Shown here in pieces: positions 27,246 through 36,996 of a stretch of DNA of 64,000 bases. The notes under the pieces are model-generated. The model was given only the letters and a program-made list of their open reading frames with translations, did not search any database and was not told the origin of the DNA. How positions within the stretch are numbered: position 1 is the first letter of the stretch; each line of letters opens with the position of its first letter. The stretch covers positions 7,089 through 71,088 of the forward strand of contig JAFYCE010000101.1 of NCBI GenBank assembly GCA_017539865.1. Reading direction: 5' to 3'. The translations under genes and the position numbers were made by a program. The DNA comes from Alphaproteobacteria bacterium. Lineage in GTDB: Bacteria; Pseudomonadota; Alphaproteobacteria; CAAGCB01; CAG-977.

Positions 27246-28064
27246 ATGGAACAAACGGATTTAATTCTTGCAGTTTTAACAGGCCTTTCCGTTTTAATCG
27301 GGCTGAGCCGCGGATTTTGTTCCGAAGTTTTAAATCTGGCCGTTTATGTTTTTTCCGGTGTTCTGGGATATGCCCTTGTTCCCGTTTTTCGTCCCGTTTT
27401 TGCATTTATTCCGTATGAGCCGGTACAACAGGCCGCCGCCGGTCTTTTGGGAATGTTCGTTGCGTGGTTTGTTTTGAAAGTGTTTACCGGTTCTTTAATC
27501 GGTGCTGTCAAAAAAAGCTCTTTAAACAAGCTGGACAGATCCTTGGGCGGCATTTTCGGCGCGGTGAGAGCCGGCGTCTGTATCGTGCTTTTTTATGTCG
27601 CTTTGTTTTTTTGCTCTCCGGATTTGATTGGAAAAAGCCGGATTTTGACGCTTTCCTCAGGGTGGATAAAAAAAATTCCGGAATTGGATTTTCAAAAAGA
27701 AAAAACGGTTTTATCTTCGGATGAAATGAAAACGGCAGAAGCGAAGGATTGGAAAAAACGGGTGCTGTTTTATTTGCAAAATAAAACGGTCAAAACCGAA
27801 GACGGCGAAAAGAAACTGATTTCCGTTCTTTCTTCTCGGGCGGCAAAGGAATTTTCCGGCGTCCTGCTTGAACAGGGGGATGAGGATGTTCCTCTTTCTT
27901 CAATGCAGAAGCGGCAGTTGGCGGAAGACGCTTTTGAAATGCAGCTGACGGCATGGCTGAACGGAGAAACTTTGGATAAAGAGGAAGCTGAAAAAAGACT
28001 TCGGCTGAAAATGCTTGAAATGGTAAAAGAAAAGAGTTCGAAAAATGAAGATTCTGGCGATTGA
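27246..28064 (+). CDS. Second, tandem CvpA-family paralog with a charged tail.
   Basis: Same topology and conserved ...LDRSLGGIFGAVRAGV... block as the upstream copy. Its C-terminus overlaps the tsaB start. Confidence 0.6.
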   Translation: MEQTDLILAVLTGLSVLIGLSRGFCSEVLNLAVYVFSGVLGYALVPVFRPVFAFIPYEPVQQAAAGLLGMFVAWFVLKVFTGSLIGAVKKSSLNKLDRSLGGIFGAVRAGVCIVLFYVALFFCSPDLIGKSRILTLSSGWIKKIPELDFQKEKTVLSSDEMKTAEAKDWKKRVLFYLQNKTVKTEDGEKKLISVLSSRAAKEFSGVLLEQGDEDVPLSSMQKRQLAEDAFEMQLTAWLNGETLDKEEAEKRLRLKMLEMVKEKSSKNEDSGD

Positions 28065-28686
28065 CAGCACACACGGCACATGTTCGGCGGCTTTTTTCGA
28101 CGGGGAAAAAGTCGTTTCCGAAATTGTCGAAGAGATAGAGCGCGGACAGGCGGAACGGCTGATACCGATGGTGCAGGATGTTTTGAAAAAAGCGGATGTC
28201 GGTTTTTCTGATGTTGACGCTGTTGCCGTGACGACGGGGCCGGGGTCTTTTACGGGCGTTCGCGTCGGCTTGGCGGCGGCGGACGGTATCGCTTTGGCGG
28301 CGGAAGTACCGATGATAGGCGTTTCCGTTTTGGATGCGTTGGCTTGGAAAATCGCCGGCCGGTATCCCGATGTGAAAAAAGTTTGTCTTGTTCTGGAAAC
28401 AAAACGCGACGATTATTACGTCCAATGTTTTGATGCGGGTAAACCGCTGGCGGAACCGGCAGCATTATTCGCAAAGGATTTAGCCGGATTAAAAGACTTT
28501 TTCTTCGCCGGTAATGCCGTTGACAGACTGGTTGCGGAAAATGGTCTGTCAAACGATGTAATTATAAATATTACAATGCCGACGGCCGCAGAAATCGCTG
28601 TTTTTGCCGCCGGAAAGACGCCGCGGAAAGAATATCCCGAACCGCTTTATTTGCGGGAGGCCGATGTAACATTATGCCGGAAATAA
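28045..28686 (+). CDS. tsaB: tRNA threonylcarbamoyladenosine biosynthesis protein TsaB (YeaZ).
   Basis: MKILAIDSTHGTCSAAF...; inactive Kae1/YgjD paralog architecture. Confidence 0.8.
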   Translation: MKILAIDSTHGTCSAAFFDGEKVVSEIVEEIERGQAERLIPMVQDVLKKADVGFSDVDAVAVTTGPGSFTGVRVGLAAADGIALAAEVPMIGVSVLDALAWKIAGRYPDVKKVCLVLETKRDDYYVQCFDAGKPLAEPAALFAKDLAGLKDFFFAGNAVDRLVAENGLSNDVIINITMPTAAEIAVFAAGKTPRKEYPEPLYLREADVTLCRK

Positions 28687-29117
28687 AAATCAGAAACGCC
28701 GATTTCGCCCGAACGTATGCGGATATTCATTCCGTTTGCTTTGCTCACGGTTGGAACGAATCCACGATGCGGCAAATGCTGTTGATGCCCGGTGCGGTCG
28801 GTCTGATTGCTTATGAACGGGAAAAACCGGTCGGCATCGTCCTGTATGCGTACAGTCCGGAACAGGCGGATATTGTGACGTTCGGCATTCTGCCCGATTA
28901 TCGCGGAAAACACGTTTCCGACAAACTGATGGATAAATCGTTTGCTTTTTTAAAAGAAAAAGGAATCAAGGAGATTTTTTTGGAAGTCGCCGTGGATAAC
29001 GAACACGCCATCGCTCTTTACCGCCGTCACGGTTTCGAACAAGTTGGCCGCCGCTCCAACTATTATGTCCGCGGAGATGTAAAAACGGACGCTTTGGTGA
29101 TGCGTGTCGATTTGTAA
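28674..29117 (+). CDS. rimI: Ribosomal-protein-alanine N-acetyltransferase (GNAT).
   Basis: The GNAT fold motif ...GILPDYRGKHVSDKLMD... and its position after tsaB. Confidence 0.75.
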   Translation: MPEIKIRNADFARTYADIHSVCFAHGWNESTMRQMLLMPGAVGLIAYEREKPVGIVLYAYSPEQADIVTFGILPDYRGKHVSDKLMDKSFAFLKEKGIKEIFLEVAVDNEHAIALYRRHGFEQVGRRSNYYVRGDVKTDALVMRVDL

Positions 29118-29713
29118 TCTTTTATTCCGGAAGGAATCAGCGGGGCTTTTCGGGCGGAAAGGATGGAAAAAGTTCCTCCGCCGAAAGGCAGAACGGACAA
29201 AAACTTGTCCGCTCTTTCCCAAAAAGGCGCGTTATAAGGGAAATATAACAGACTTTTCTTTTTTTGCAGTTCAAAATCGTTTTTACGAAGCTCGTTTAAA
29301 AGAAAGGACGTTTTTATTTCGGGCATTCCGTTGATCGTGACGGACGCCGCCGTTTTGTTTTTCGACAGGATGAACAATCGTCCTTGCGGTTTTAGCAGAT
29401 GTTCGGCTTCTTTGATCAGCAAAGGAAGATTGTCTGAGACGGAATTGTTTAATACGCTGATAAAAATAGAATCAATGCCGCTTGCCGTCGGCAGGGATGA
29501 AAAAAAGCCGCTTTCAACGATACTTTCCTGTTCCCAAAGAATTTCCGGCGCGTTTTGTTCGAAAGCGGTCAGAAAAGGAAAAATAAAACCGAAAAAGATA
29601 CAATGTTGTCCCTGCAATTCCGTATCGTCAAAAAAAGAACGGATTCTCTTTTGCAGCCGTTTGCCGGCTGGCGAAACAAAAAAAGCGGCGGGGGTTCGAT
29701 AAACAAAAGTCAT
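29063..29713 (-). CDS. Putative class I methyltransferase-like protein, possibly degenerate.
   Basis: The C-terminal half has MTase-like GIDSIFISVLNNSVSD and LLKPQGRLFIL blocks, but no GxGxG motif I. It overlaps rimI convergently by 55 nt. Confidence 0.3.
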   Translation of the reverse strand: MTFVYRTPAAFFVSPAGKRLQKRIRSFFDDTELQGQHCIFFGFIFPFLTAFEQNAPEILWEQESIVESGFFSSLPTASGIDSIFISVLNNSVSDNLPLLIKEAEHLLKPQGRLFILSKNKTAASVTINGMPEIKTSFLLNELRKNDFELQKKKSLLYFPYNAPFWERADKFLSVLPFGGGTFSILSARKAPLIPSGIKDYKSTRITKASVFTSPRT

Positions 29714-29824
29714 TTCTTATCTGATGTTGTTAGCGCAAACATAAGGTAAAGCCGAGTATATTCCGGTTCAATCTGGATTTTATAATATATTTGCCGTTTA
29801 TCAAATGAAACGGAAAAAACACCG

Positions 29825-30502
29825 TTATTTTTTTTCATTCCCGTCCGTTTTTTTTACAGGCGGGATATCGGTCGTTTTTAATTCGTTTGCGGCAGGTTTT
29901 CCGGTTTTTGCCGGAATAGGCTTTTTTTCGACTTTGGGTGTTTCAACGGATGCGGATTCTTTGTTTCCGACCGGAACGGCCGGCTTTGCTGAAACGGGTT
30001 TCCGTTTCTTTCTGGTTTTCAGGGCTTCAAAACGTTTTAATTCCAAATCCATAATATGGCACCGGTGGTCTTTAACGTCCCATGAAATGTTCAACGCCTT
30101 GCAAACAATGATTTGATGAACTTTTTCGGTCGCCGGCAGAAACAAAGGAATACTTTCCCCTGCCGCAAATAAAAAAGCAAGAGCCAGCGGTGCAATCAGA
30201 CTGCGGCGGAATGTTTTTTGCCTGATCAGCAATTCGTAACAAAGAAAGCCGCCGATAACAAATAAAAGGGTTTCAAGGCTCAGCGCCGTCCACAATTGCG
30301 TTTCCGCGGATTTCCGGTCAAGCCATTCCGGTTCGTCCGAAAAAGTGTTCAATGTGTCGGAAAAATCAAATGGATCGGAAATCCACAGCTTGACGGTTTT
30401 AATGCCCAATCCGACCAATAAAGACAGATTGAACAGAAAAAACAAATACTTGACCAGCAAAACGCTGTATTTTCGTACAGATGAAAAAAAACGGTCTTCC
30501 AT
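29825..30502 (-). CDS. Hypothetical membrane protein with a Lys/Pro-rich tail.
   Basis: Three or four TM segments, then KRKPVSAKPAVPVGNKES...KKTDGNEKK. Confidence 0.4.
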   Translation of the reverse strand: MEDRFFSSVRKYSVLLVKYLFFLFNLSLLVGLGIKTVKLWISDPFDFSDTLNTFSDEPEWLDRKSAETQLWTALSLETLLFVIGGFLCYELLIRQKTFRRSLIAPLALAFLFAAGESIPLFLPATEKVHQIIVCKALNISWDVKDHRCHIMDLELKRFEALKTRKKRKPVSAKPAVPVGNKESASVETPKVEKKPIPAKTGKPAANELKTTDIPPVKKTDGNEKK

Positions 30503-30630
30503 TTTAATCCTTTTAAATACGTTTCTTTTTTATCCGCTTTACGTCAAAAAGAAAAGAATTTTTATCGTTTAGAAAATGCTTGTTGTTTGGAAACAGCAAG
30601 TATATTCTGTAGAAAATTTTTTTCATTAAC

Positions 30631-32970
30631 ATGACTAGAGAGATTTGTATGTTTTCAAAACGTCAGGAATTTTTACTTAATGCTTTCGCTTCTTATGTCC
30701 GTCAAACGACAATCGCTACGAAGCGGGCTGTTTTGCAGGCTTATCAGGATCATCCCGAAATCGCCGCAATGTTTTTGCAGTACTTCGATTTGAAATTCAA
30801 TCCTGTCAACGCCGGAAAAGAGGCTCATGCGGCAAAGGAAAAGGAAATCGAAGCGGCAATGCCGAAAAATACGGCGCTAAAGGCGGTTTTTTCGGTTTTG
30901 AAAGCGATGCTTCGCACCAATTTTTATCAAGGCGAAAAAGACTATGTTTCTTTTAAAGTGAAATCTTCCGATATCCATCATTTGCCTAAACCCAAACCGA
31001 TGGCGGAAATCTTCGTTTATTCAAATGATGTCGACGCCGTTCATTTGCGTTTCGGCAAGATCGCTCGCGGCGGCATCCGCTGGTCAAACAGAAAAGAGGA
31101 TTTCAGAACGGAAATTTTGAGCTTGGTCAAAACGCAGCAGGTTAAAAATGTCGTTATCGTTCCGGTCGGTTCCAAAGGCGGATTTTTCCCTAAGAAACCG
31201 CCCGAAAACGGAACGAAGGAACAGATTCAGGAATACGCAATCAGCTGCTACAAGACATTGATCCGCGGATTGCTGGATATTACGGATAATATTGTCGGCG
31301 GAAAGATTGTCACTCCGAAAGACGTCGTCCGTTACGATGATGACGATCCGTATCTGGTCGTTGCGGCCGATAAGGGAACGGCAGGTTTTTCCAATATCGC
31401 AAACGCCATTTCCGCCGAATACGGTTTTTGGTTGGGCGATGCGTTCGCTTCCGGCGGTTCTACGGGCTTCAGCCATAAAGGCATGGCAATTACGGCCAAA
31501 GGATCGTGGGAAAGCGTTAAACGCCACTTCCGCGAAATGGGGCGCGATTGCCAGACGCAGGATTTTACAATGGTCGGCGTCGGCAGTATGGCCGGTGACG
31601 TTTTCGGTAATGCGATGTTGTGTTCGGAACATGGAAAGCTGATTGCGGCGTTCAGTTCGTCCGCGATTTTCATTGACCCGAATCCGGATGTCGCCGCTTC
31701 TTTTAAAGAGCGCAAGCGTTTGTTCGACGCCGAAGCCGGATGGGCGGAATATGACCGCTCCGTTTTATCCGCAGGCGGTGGCATATACAGCCGTAAAGAA
31801 AAAACAATTACGATTTCAAAAGAGGCTTGCGCCGTTTTGGGCATATCGCAAACGGTTTTGTCGCCGGACGATTTAATCAAGGCGATTTTGTCCGCACCGG
31901 TCGATTTATTATATTTCGGCGGTATCGGAACGTATGTTAAATCTTCTTCCGAAACACAAATGGACGCTAAGGACGGTACAAACGCTGCCTGTCGTATTGA
32001 CGCGCCGCAAATCAGGGCAAAAGTCGTCGCGGAAGGCGCTAATTTGGGATTGACGCAAAAAGCCCGTATCGAATACGCTTTGAACGGCGGCCGGCTGAAT
32101 ACGGACGCTGTCGACAATTCGGGCGGCGTTGATTGTTCCGACCACGAAGTCAATATCAAAATCATGCTGAATGCCATTGTCGCCGACGGGAAGATGATAA
32201 TGGAGGAACGCAACGCTTTGCTGAAATCCATGCAGGATGAGGTCGCCGGTTTGGTGTTGCGCGACAACTATTTGCAAACGCAGATTTTATCCTATATGCA
32301 GCATCGCGGCGCAAAAAGCATTCCCGGCAATAAAAAGTTGCTGCGCGCGTTGGAAAGAGCCGATCGTTTGAACAGAGAGCTTGAATCTTTGCCGTCGGAT
32401 GCGGAAATGGATGCCGGTTTCAATCGCGGATTGGGGTTGACCCGTCCCGCTTTGGCTGTTTTGATGGCGTATGCTAAATTATATTTGTATGACGCTGTTT
32501 TGAACAGCGACTTGCCGGATGATCCGTACATTCGTGAAAATTGGCTGCCATTCTATTTTCCGGCCGTTTTGCGTCAGAAAGAAAAGGATTATATCGCCAA
32601 GCATCAGTTGGGACGCGAAATCAGCGCGACGATGATTGTGAACAATCTGATCAACCGCGTCGGTGTGAATTTTATCGGAAAAATGCGCGGCGAAAGCGGT
32701 TCGCCGGTCGTGGATGTCGTCAAGGCTTATCTGATTGTTTTGTCGGCGTTTGATACTGAACGGCTGTTCGGTCTGATTGAAGCGCAGGACGGCGTCATGC
32801 CGGCTGAAAAGCAGATGGATATGATGCGCAAGCTGATCGCTGAAATCGAGAACATGACGCTGACGGTTTTGCGTAACGGCATGGAAAGCGAGATTGAAGG
32901 CGAAATCAAAACGTGGAAAGAATATCAGGATGAGAAATTTTCACAGTTTGAAGGGATGTTTTCCGCATAA
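30631..32970 (+). CDS. gdhB: NAD-specific glutamate dehydrogenase, short form (catalytic domain plus C-terminal domain only).
   Basis: FGKIARGGIRWS (catalytic Lys region) and the VIVPVGSKGGFFPK, GTAGFSNIAN and DNSGGVDCSDHEVNIKI blocks of the large bacterial NAD-GDH family. The start could be 30649. Confidence 0.75.
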   Translation: MTREICMFSKRQEFLLNAFASYVRQTTIATKRAVLQAYQDHPEIAAMFLQYFDLKFNPVNAGKEAHAAKEKEIEAAMPKNTALKAVFSVLKAMLRTNFYQGEKDYVSFKVKSSDIHHLPKPKPMAEIFVYSNDVDAVHLRFGKIARGGIRWSNRKEDFRTEILSLVKTQQVKNVVIVPVGSKGGFFPKKPPENGTKEQIQEYAISCYKTLIRGLLDITDNIVGGKIVTPKDVVRYDDDDPYLVVAADKGTAGFSNIANAISAEYGFWLGDAFASGGSTGFSHKGMAITAKGSWESVKRHFREMGRDCQTQDFTMVGVGSMAGDVFGNAMLCSEHGKLIAAFSSSAIFIDPNPDVAASFKERKRLFDAEAGWAEYDRSVLSAGGGIYSRKEKTITISKEACAVLGISQTVLSPDDLIKAILSAPVDLLYFGGIGTYVKSSSETQMDAKDGTNAACRIDAPQIRAKVVAEGANLGLTQKARIEYALNGGRLNTDAVDNSGGVDCSDHEVNIKIMLNAIVADGKMIMEERNALLKSMQDEVAGLVLRDNYLQTQILSYMQHRGAKSIPGNKKLLRALERADRLNRELESLPSDAEMDAGFNRGLGLTRPALAVLMAYAKLYLYDAVLNSDLPDDPYIRENWLPFYFPAVLRQKEKDYIAKHQLGREISATMIVNNLINRVGVNFIGKMRGESGSPVVDVVKAYLIVLSAFDTERLFGLIEAQDGVMPAEKQMDMMRKLIAEIENMTLTVLRNGMESEIEGEIKTWKEYQDEKFSQFEGMFSA

Positions 32971-32991
32971 TTTCGACTGAAAATATAAATT

Positions 32992-33030
32992 CCGCCGTGT
33001 TTTGAAAAAAAAACGGCGGTTTTTATTTTG
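32992..33030 (+). terminator. Terminator after gdh.
   Basis: CCGCCG...(A-rich loop)...CGGCGG followed by TTTTTATTTT. Confidence 0.5.
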
Positions 33031-33111
33031 CCTTTCGATTGTCTGCTTACGGTCAGGCTGATTTTATTTTTGGAAGAATTTAAAATGGCCGGTAAGAAAA
33101 GGGGGAGGCCG

Positions 33112-33567
33112 ATGAAAAATTCCGTTCTGTTCATTTTTTGTTTTTTGCTTTTATCCTGTGCAAGTGACATTAACAACGATTCTTACCGGCTTTCTTCCGT
33201 CGGCAGCGCGAATCATGTCGGACAGGGGGTGATTGTTGATGTAAGAACCGTTCAGATTCAAGGTGATAATCAGACGGGAAATTTAATCGGAGGTTTGACG
33301 GGCGGTGTCGTCGGATCGACAATCGGACGCGGAAAGGGCAGTATTTTGGCTTCTGTCGGCGGGGCTCTGCTGGGGGCGTTTGTTGGCGGCATGACGCAGA
33401 AAGAACTGAGTAAACAAAATGCGTTGCAATATATTGTACGTTTATCGGACGGGAATTTGATTACGGTTATTCAGGGGATGAAGAACCGACTCGCGATCGG
33501 GCAACGGGTTTTCGTTCTGTACGGAAACGAAACGCGTTTGATTCCCGATGATTTGTCATTATCGTGA
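33112..33567 (+). CDS. Glycine-zipper outer-membrane lipoprotein (SlyB / 17-kDa antigen-like).
   Basis: RBS GGGGGAGG. Lipobox LLLSC. GGLTGGVVGSTIGRGKGSILASVGGALLGAFVGG is a glycine zipper. Confidence 0.6.
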   Translation: MKNSVLFIFCFLLLSCASDINNDSYRLSSVGSANHVGQGVIVDVRTVQIQGDNQTGNLIGGLTGGVVGSTIGRGKGSILASVGGALLGAFVGGMTQKELSKQNALQYIVRLSDGNLITVIQGMKNRLAIGQRVFVLYGNETRLIPDDLSLS

Positions 33568-33801
33568 AATCATTTTTTTCTTGAAAACTGTTGAATCATC
33601 AAGATGTTGTGATTTTTTTACAACTAAGGGCTACTTTTTGTCTGAATTTTATGATATAGTGCTTTTCCGCAGGGAGTTTCGCCAGATTTATGTTTTGCGG
33701 CTTCCTTATTTTATGGCGGTTTGTAAAAACAGATGATTTTAAAAAAGCACATGATGTTTTTTTTACAGATCGCGGATGATGACACATACAGGATATTGGA
33801 A

Positions 33802-34302
33802 ATGGTAAAAGAGATTTCTTTTTCGACGGGTGACTTTGTGGTTTATCCGACTCATGGCGTCGGCAAAGTTTTGAGTATTACGAAAGACACCGTCGCAGGA
33901 CAGGAATTGGAATTGATCGCCGTTCATTTTGACAAGGATCGGATGACTTTACGGGTTCCGATGACAAAAGCGAAAAATTCGGGCTTAAGAAAGCTTTCCA
34001 ACAGGAACATTATGGATACCGCTTTGGAAACGTTGCGCGGAAAATCAAAAGCCAAACGTACGATGTGGAGCCGCCGTGCTCAGGAATATGAAGCGAAAAT
34101 CAATTCGGGCGATCCGGTTTCCATTGCCGAAGTGGTGCGCGATTTATACCGTTCTCAGGCTCAGTCCGACCAGTCTTACAGCGAACGCCAGATTTATGAA
34201 CAGGCGTTGGATCGTCTGGCGAATGAATTAGCTGCGTTGGAGAAAATAAACACGCAGGAAGCGACCGTTAAATTAAGCGGCATCCTTCAACAGGCAAATT
34301 GA
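33802..34302 (+). CDS. cdnL: CarD/CdnL-family transcriptional regulator.
   Basis: N-terminal FSTGDFVVYPTHGVGKV (RNAP-interacting Tudor-like domain) plus a helical C-terminal domain. Confidence 0.7.
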   Translation: MVKEISFSTGDFVVYPTHGVGKVLSITKDTVAGQELELIAVHFDKDRMTLRVPMTKAKNSGLRKLSNRNIMDTALETLRGKSKAKRTMWSRRAQEYEAKINSGDPVSIAEVVRDLYRSQAQSDQSYSERQIYEQALDRLANELAALEKINTQEATVKLSGILQQAN

Positions 34303-34318
34303 TTTATTAAAAGAATCG

Positions 34319-34348
34319 AAAAAAGAGGGCCGTTCGCCCTCTTTTTTA
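34319..34348. terminator. Bidirectional terminator between cdnL and udg.
   Basis: AAAAAGAGGGC-cgtt-CGCCCTCTTTTTT. Confidence 0.75.
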
Positions 34349-35083
34349 TATCTCAAGCGCTTTTTTTACGGATAAAAAATCCCTCCAAGCCAATTTCTTT
34401 TGCGCGGGTGTTCGTAACAAAAAGGCCGGATGAAATGAAGCCATGACCTGAATGTTTATGTCGCCGGCGGAATAGGTCATCCAGTGACCGCGTGTTTTTG
34501 TGATACCCGCGCTTGTGTTCATCAGGGCGGATACCGCACTGCCGCCCAGCAATAAAAGAATCTGCGGCCGGATCAAGGCGATATGACAACGTACAAACGG
34601 AGTGAATAGAGAAACTTCGTCTTCAGAAGGCTTTCTGTTTCCGGGGGGGCGCCACGGAAGGATGTTGGTGATATAAACATCGGAACGATTCAGTCCGATG
34701 GATTTCAGCATCAGATCCAATAAATGACCGCTGGCGCCGACAAAAGGCAGTCCCTGTTTGTCTTCTTCCGCACCGGGGGCTTCGCCGATGATCATCAGTT
34801 TCGCGTGCGGGTTTCCCGCGCCGAAAACCATATTGGTCGCCGTCGCTTTCAACGGGCATTTATCAAAACCGGCAATCAGGTTTTTCAGTTCTTCCAAAGA
34901 AGACGCCTGAGGCAAAACAATGTTTTCCGCCGCCGTCCGTTGCAGGGGAACCGTTTCGAAAGCCTGAAACGCCGGCTGTTCCCGCCGTTCAAACCGATTG
35001 ACGGGGGCATTTTCAGTATTTTCGTCTGCGCCGGCAGTCAAAAGCCACTGTAATATTTTTTCAGGCGGTAAAACTTCATTCAT
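34346..35083 (-). CDS. udg: Uracil-DNA glycosylase, family 4.
   Basis: GEAPGAEEDKQGLPFVGASGHLL and HPAFLLR motifs. Confidence 0.75.
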   Translation of the reverse strand: MNEVLPPEKILQWLLTAGADENTENAPVNRFERREQPAFQAFETVPLQRTAAENIVLPQASSLEELKNLIAGFDKCPLKATATNMVFGAGNPHAKLMIIGEAPGAEEDKQGLPFVGASGHLLDLMLKSIGLNRSDVYITNILPWRPPGNRKPSEDEVSLFTPFVRCHIALIRPQILLLLGGSAVSALMNTSAGITKTRGHWMTYSAGDINIQVMASFHPAFLLRTPAQKKLAWRDFLSVKKALEI

Positions 35084-35220
35084 GAAAAACAAGATAACAT
35101 ATTTTCCGGTCGTGTTGATAAAATTTCTTTGAAAAAGAATTTTTTAAAAACGAAGGATGAACTTGATTTTTAAAAGAAAACATAACAAAATGAAAAGACT
35201 GTACTCGGGAAAATTTTAAA

Positions 35221-36996
35221 ATGCGTTCGTATTCGAAGATATTTGCTTTATTGTTTTTAATTCTCGCCGCTTGCGTTCCGTATCATACGGAGGCTGAAAC
35301 GTCTTCTTCCGTCGAGGCGGGGAAAAAGTCTTCTCCGGCGGCGATAGGAAGTTATTTGCTTTATCTTCAAGCCAAACAAAATCAGGACTTCGTCACCGCC
35401 GTCCGGTATTTGCGGCAATCGCTAAAAGAAGATCCGGATAATCGGGAATTGCAGTCGGAAATGTTTGCGCTATTGGCGATGGAAGGCCGAATCGAAGAAG
35501 CTTATTCATATGCGTTGAAAGAATTGAAAAATGCTCCGGATTCGTTATTGGCATCTTTAGTGGTCGTGACGTATTTCGCGTCAAAAAATGATTTTGCGGC
35601 GGCTCAACAGCACATTGACGCTTATCCGATAAAAGAGGACAACGTGTTTTTGCAGCCGTTACTGGAAGTTTGGATCCACGCCGGCGCAGGCGATAAAAAG
35701 AAAGCTCTGGCTTTTTTGGAGAAGCTGAATCAAAACGGTTTGGAGGCGTTATACCATTTCCACGCGGCGTTGCTTTACGATTTATGGGACGATGAGGACA
35801 AAGCAAAAGAGCAATACGAAGCTTTGTTGCTTGAACCCGGCGGTTTGTCTTTAAGAGCGGCTCAAGCGTACGGAAATTTCTTGTTGCGTCAGGGGGAAAT
35901 GAAAAAATTCCAGTCGCTGGTACAAGCGTATCGGCGCGGTGCAAAATCTTATCCTTTGTTGGATGAAACGTTTTTTACGGCGGGAGCCGACCGGCCGGAT
36001 AAAAATGTGCCGAAAAGTGTCGATACGCCGAAAAAAGGTTTGGCGGAAGCGTTTTTCGATGTTTCGGGCAGTTTGGCGGATAAGGGAAATTCGGAAATTT
36101 CCCTGTTTTTCACGCGGTTCAGTCTGATTTTGGATCCTTCCTTGTCGTTGGCGCGCGTTCTGCTGGGGGAAACTTACGAAAAACAAGGGCGTTATGATGA
36201 AGCTTTGAAACTCTATGGCGAGGAAACGGAAAATTCCGAAACGTATTTCGCCAGTCAGGTGCGCATGGGCATTCTTTATGCTCAGCAAAACGATTTGAAA
36301 CGCGCGGAAAAACAGCTGCGCTCGTTGGCCAAAAAAAGGCCGGAACTGGCTTTCCCGTGGATCGAGTTGGGAAATATTTTCATCGCGCATAAAAAATATC
36401 CGCAGGCGATAGAAGCCCTTTCCGAAGCGATTGACCGCATTCCCGCTCTGAATCGTTCCCATTGGAGTTTGTTCTACAGCCGCGGAGCCGCGTATGAACG
36501 TAATAAACAGTGGGATTTGGCGGAACAGGATTTGTTGCAGGCTTTGGTTTTGTCACCGGATCAGCCGTTGACCCTGAATTATTTGGGGTATTCGTGGGTG
36601 GAGCGCGGGCAAAATATAAACAAAGCCCGCGAAATGCTGGAGCGGGCGGCTTTTCTGGCTCCACGCGAGGGATTCATCGCCGACAGTCTGGGGTGGACGT
36701 ATTATCTTTTGAAAAATTTCACATCGGCCGTTCTTTTGTTGGAAAACGCGGTGGCGTTGGATCCGGGCAGCGGCGTTATCAACGATCATTTGGGCGATAT
36801 TTATTGGCGTTTGGGGCGGAAAAGGGAAGCCCGTTTCCAATGGAGCAAGGCTTTGAGCGTTAAAGACGATTTCGCCGAAGGCGACCGGCAGCGCGTCGAA
36901 TTGAAATTGGAAAAAGGATTGGACGCGGTCGGAGATAAAATCACGTTACCGTCTTCCGCCGCTCAAAAAGGAAAAAAATCCGGAAAAGCGAAATGA
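35221..36996 (+). CDS. TPR-repeat (lipo)protein.
   Basis: Signal peptide with ILAAC. Multiple TPR-like helical repeats. It precedes ispE as in many alphaproteobacteria. Confidence 0.7.
   Translation: MRSYSKIFALLFLILAACVPYHTEAETSSSVEAGKKSSPAAIGSYLLYLQAKQNQDFVTAVRYLRQSLKEDPDNRELQSEMFALLAMEGRIEEAYSYALKELKNAPDSLLASLVVVTYFASKNDFAAAQQHIDAYPIKEDNVFLQPLLEVWIHAGAGDKKKALAFLEKLNQNGLEALYHFHAALLYDLWDDEDKAKEQYEALLLEPGGLSLRAAQAYGNFLLRQGEMKKFQSLVQAYRRGAKSYPLLDETFFTAGADRPDKNVPKSVDTPKKGLAEAFFDVSGSLADKGNSEISLFFTRFSLILDPSLSLARVLLGETYEKQGRYDEALKLYGEETENSETYFASQVRMGILYAQQNDLKRAEKQLRSLAKKRPELAFPWIELGNIFIAHKKYPQAIEALSEAIDRIPALNRSHWSLFYSRGAAYERNKQWDLAEQDLLQALVLSPDQPLTLNYLGYSWVERGQNINKAREMLERAAFLAPREGFIADSLGWTYYLLKNFTSAVLLLENAVALDPGSGVINDHLGDIYWRLGRKREARFQWSKALSVKDDFAEGDRQRVELKLEKGLDAVGDKITLPSSAAQKGKKSGKAK

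Noticed and set aside
31332-32267. A 311-aa minus-strand ORF within gdh.
   Set aside because: Antisense to the NAD-GDH catalytic domain. No motif, low-complexity Ser/Ala/Pro.
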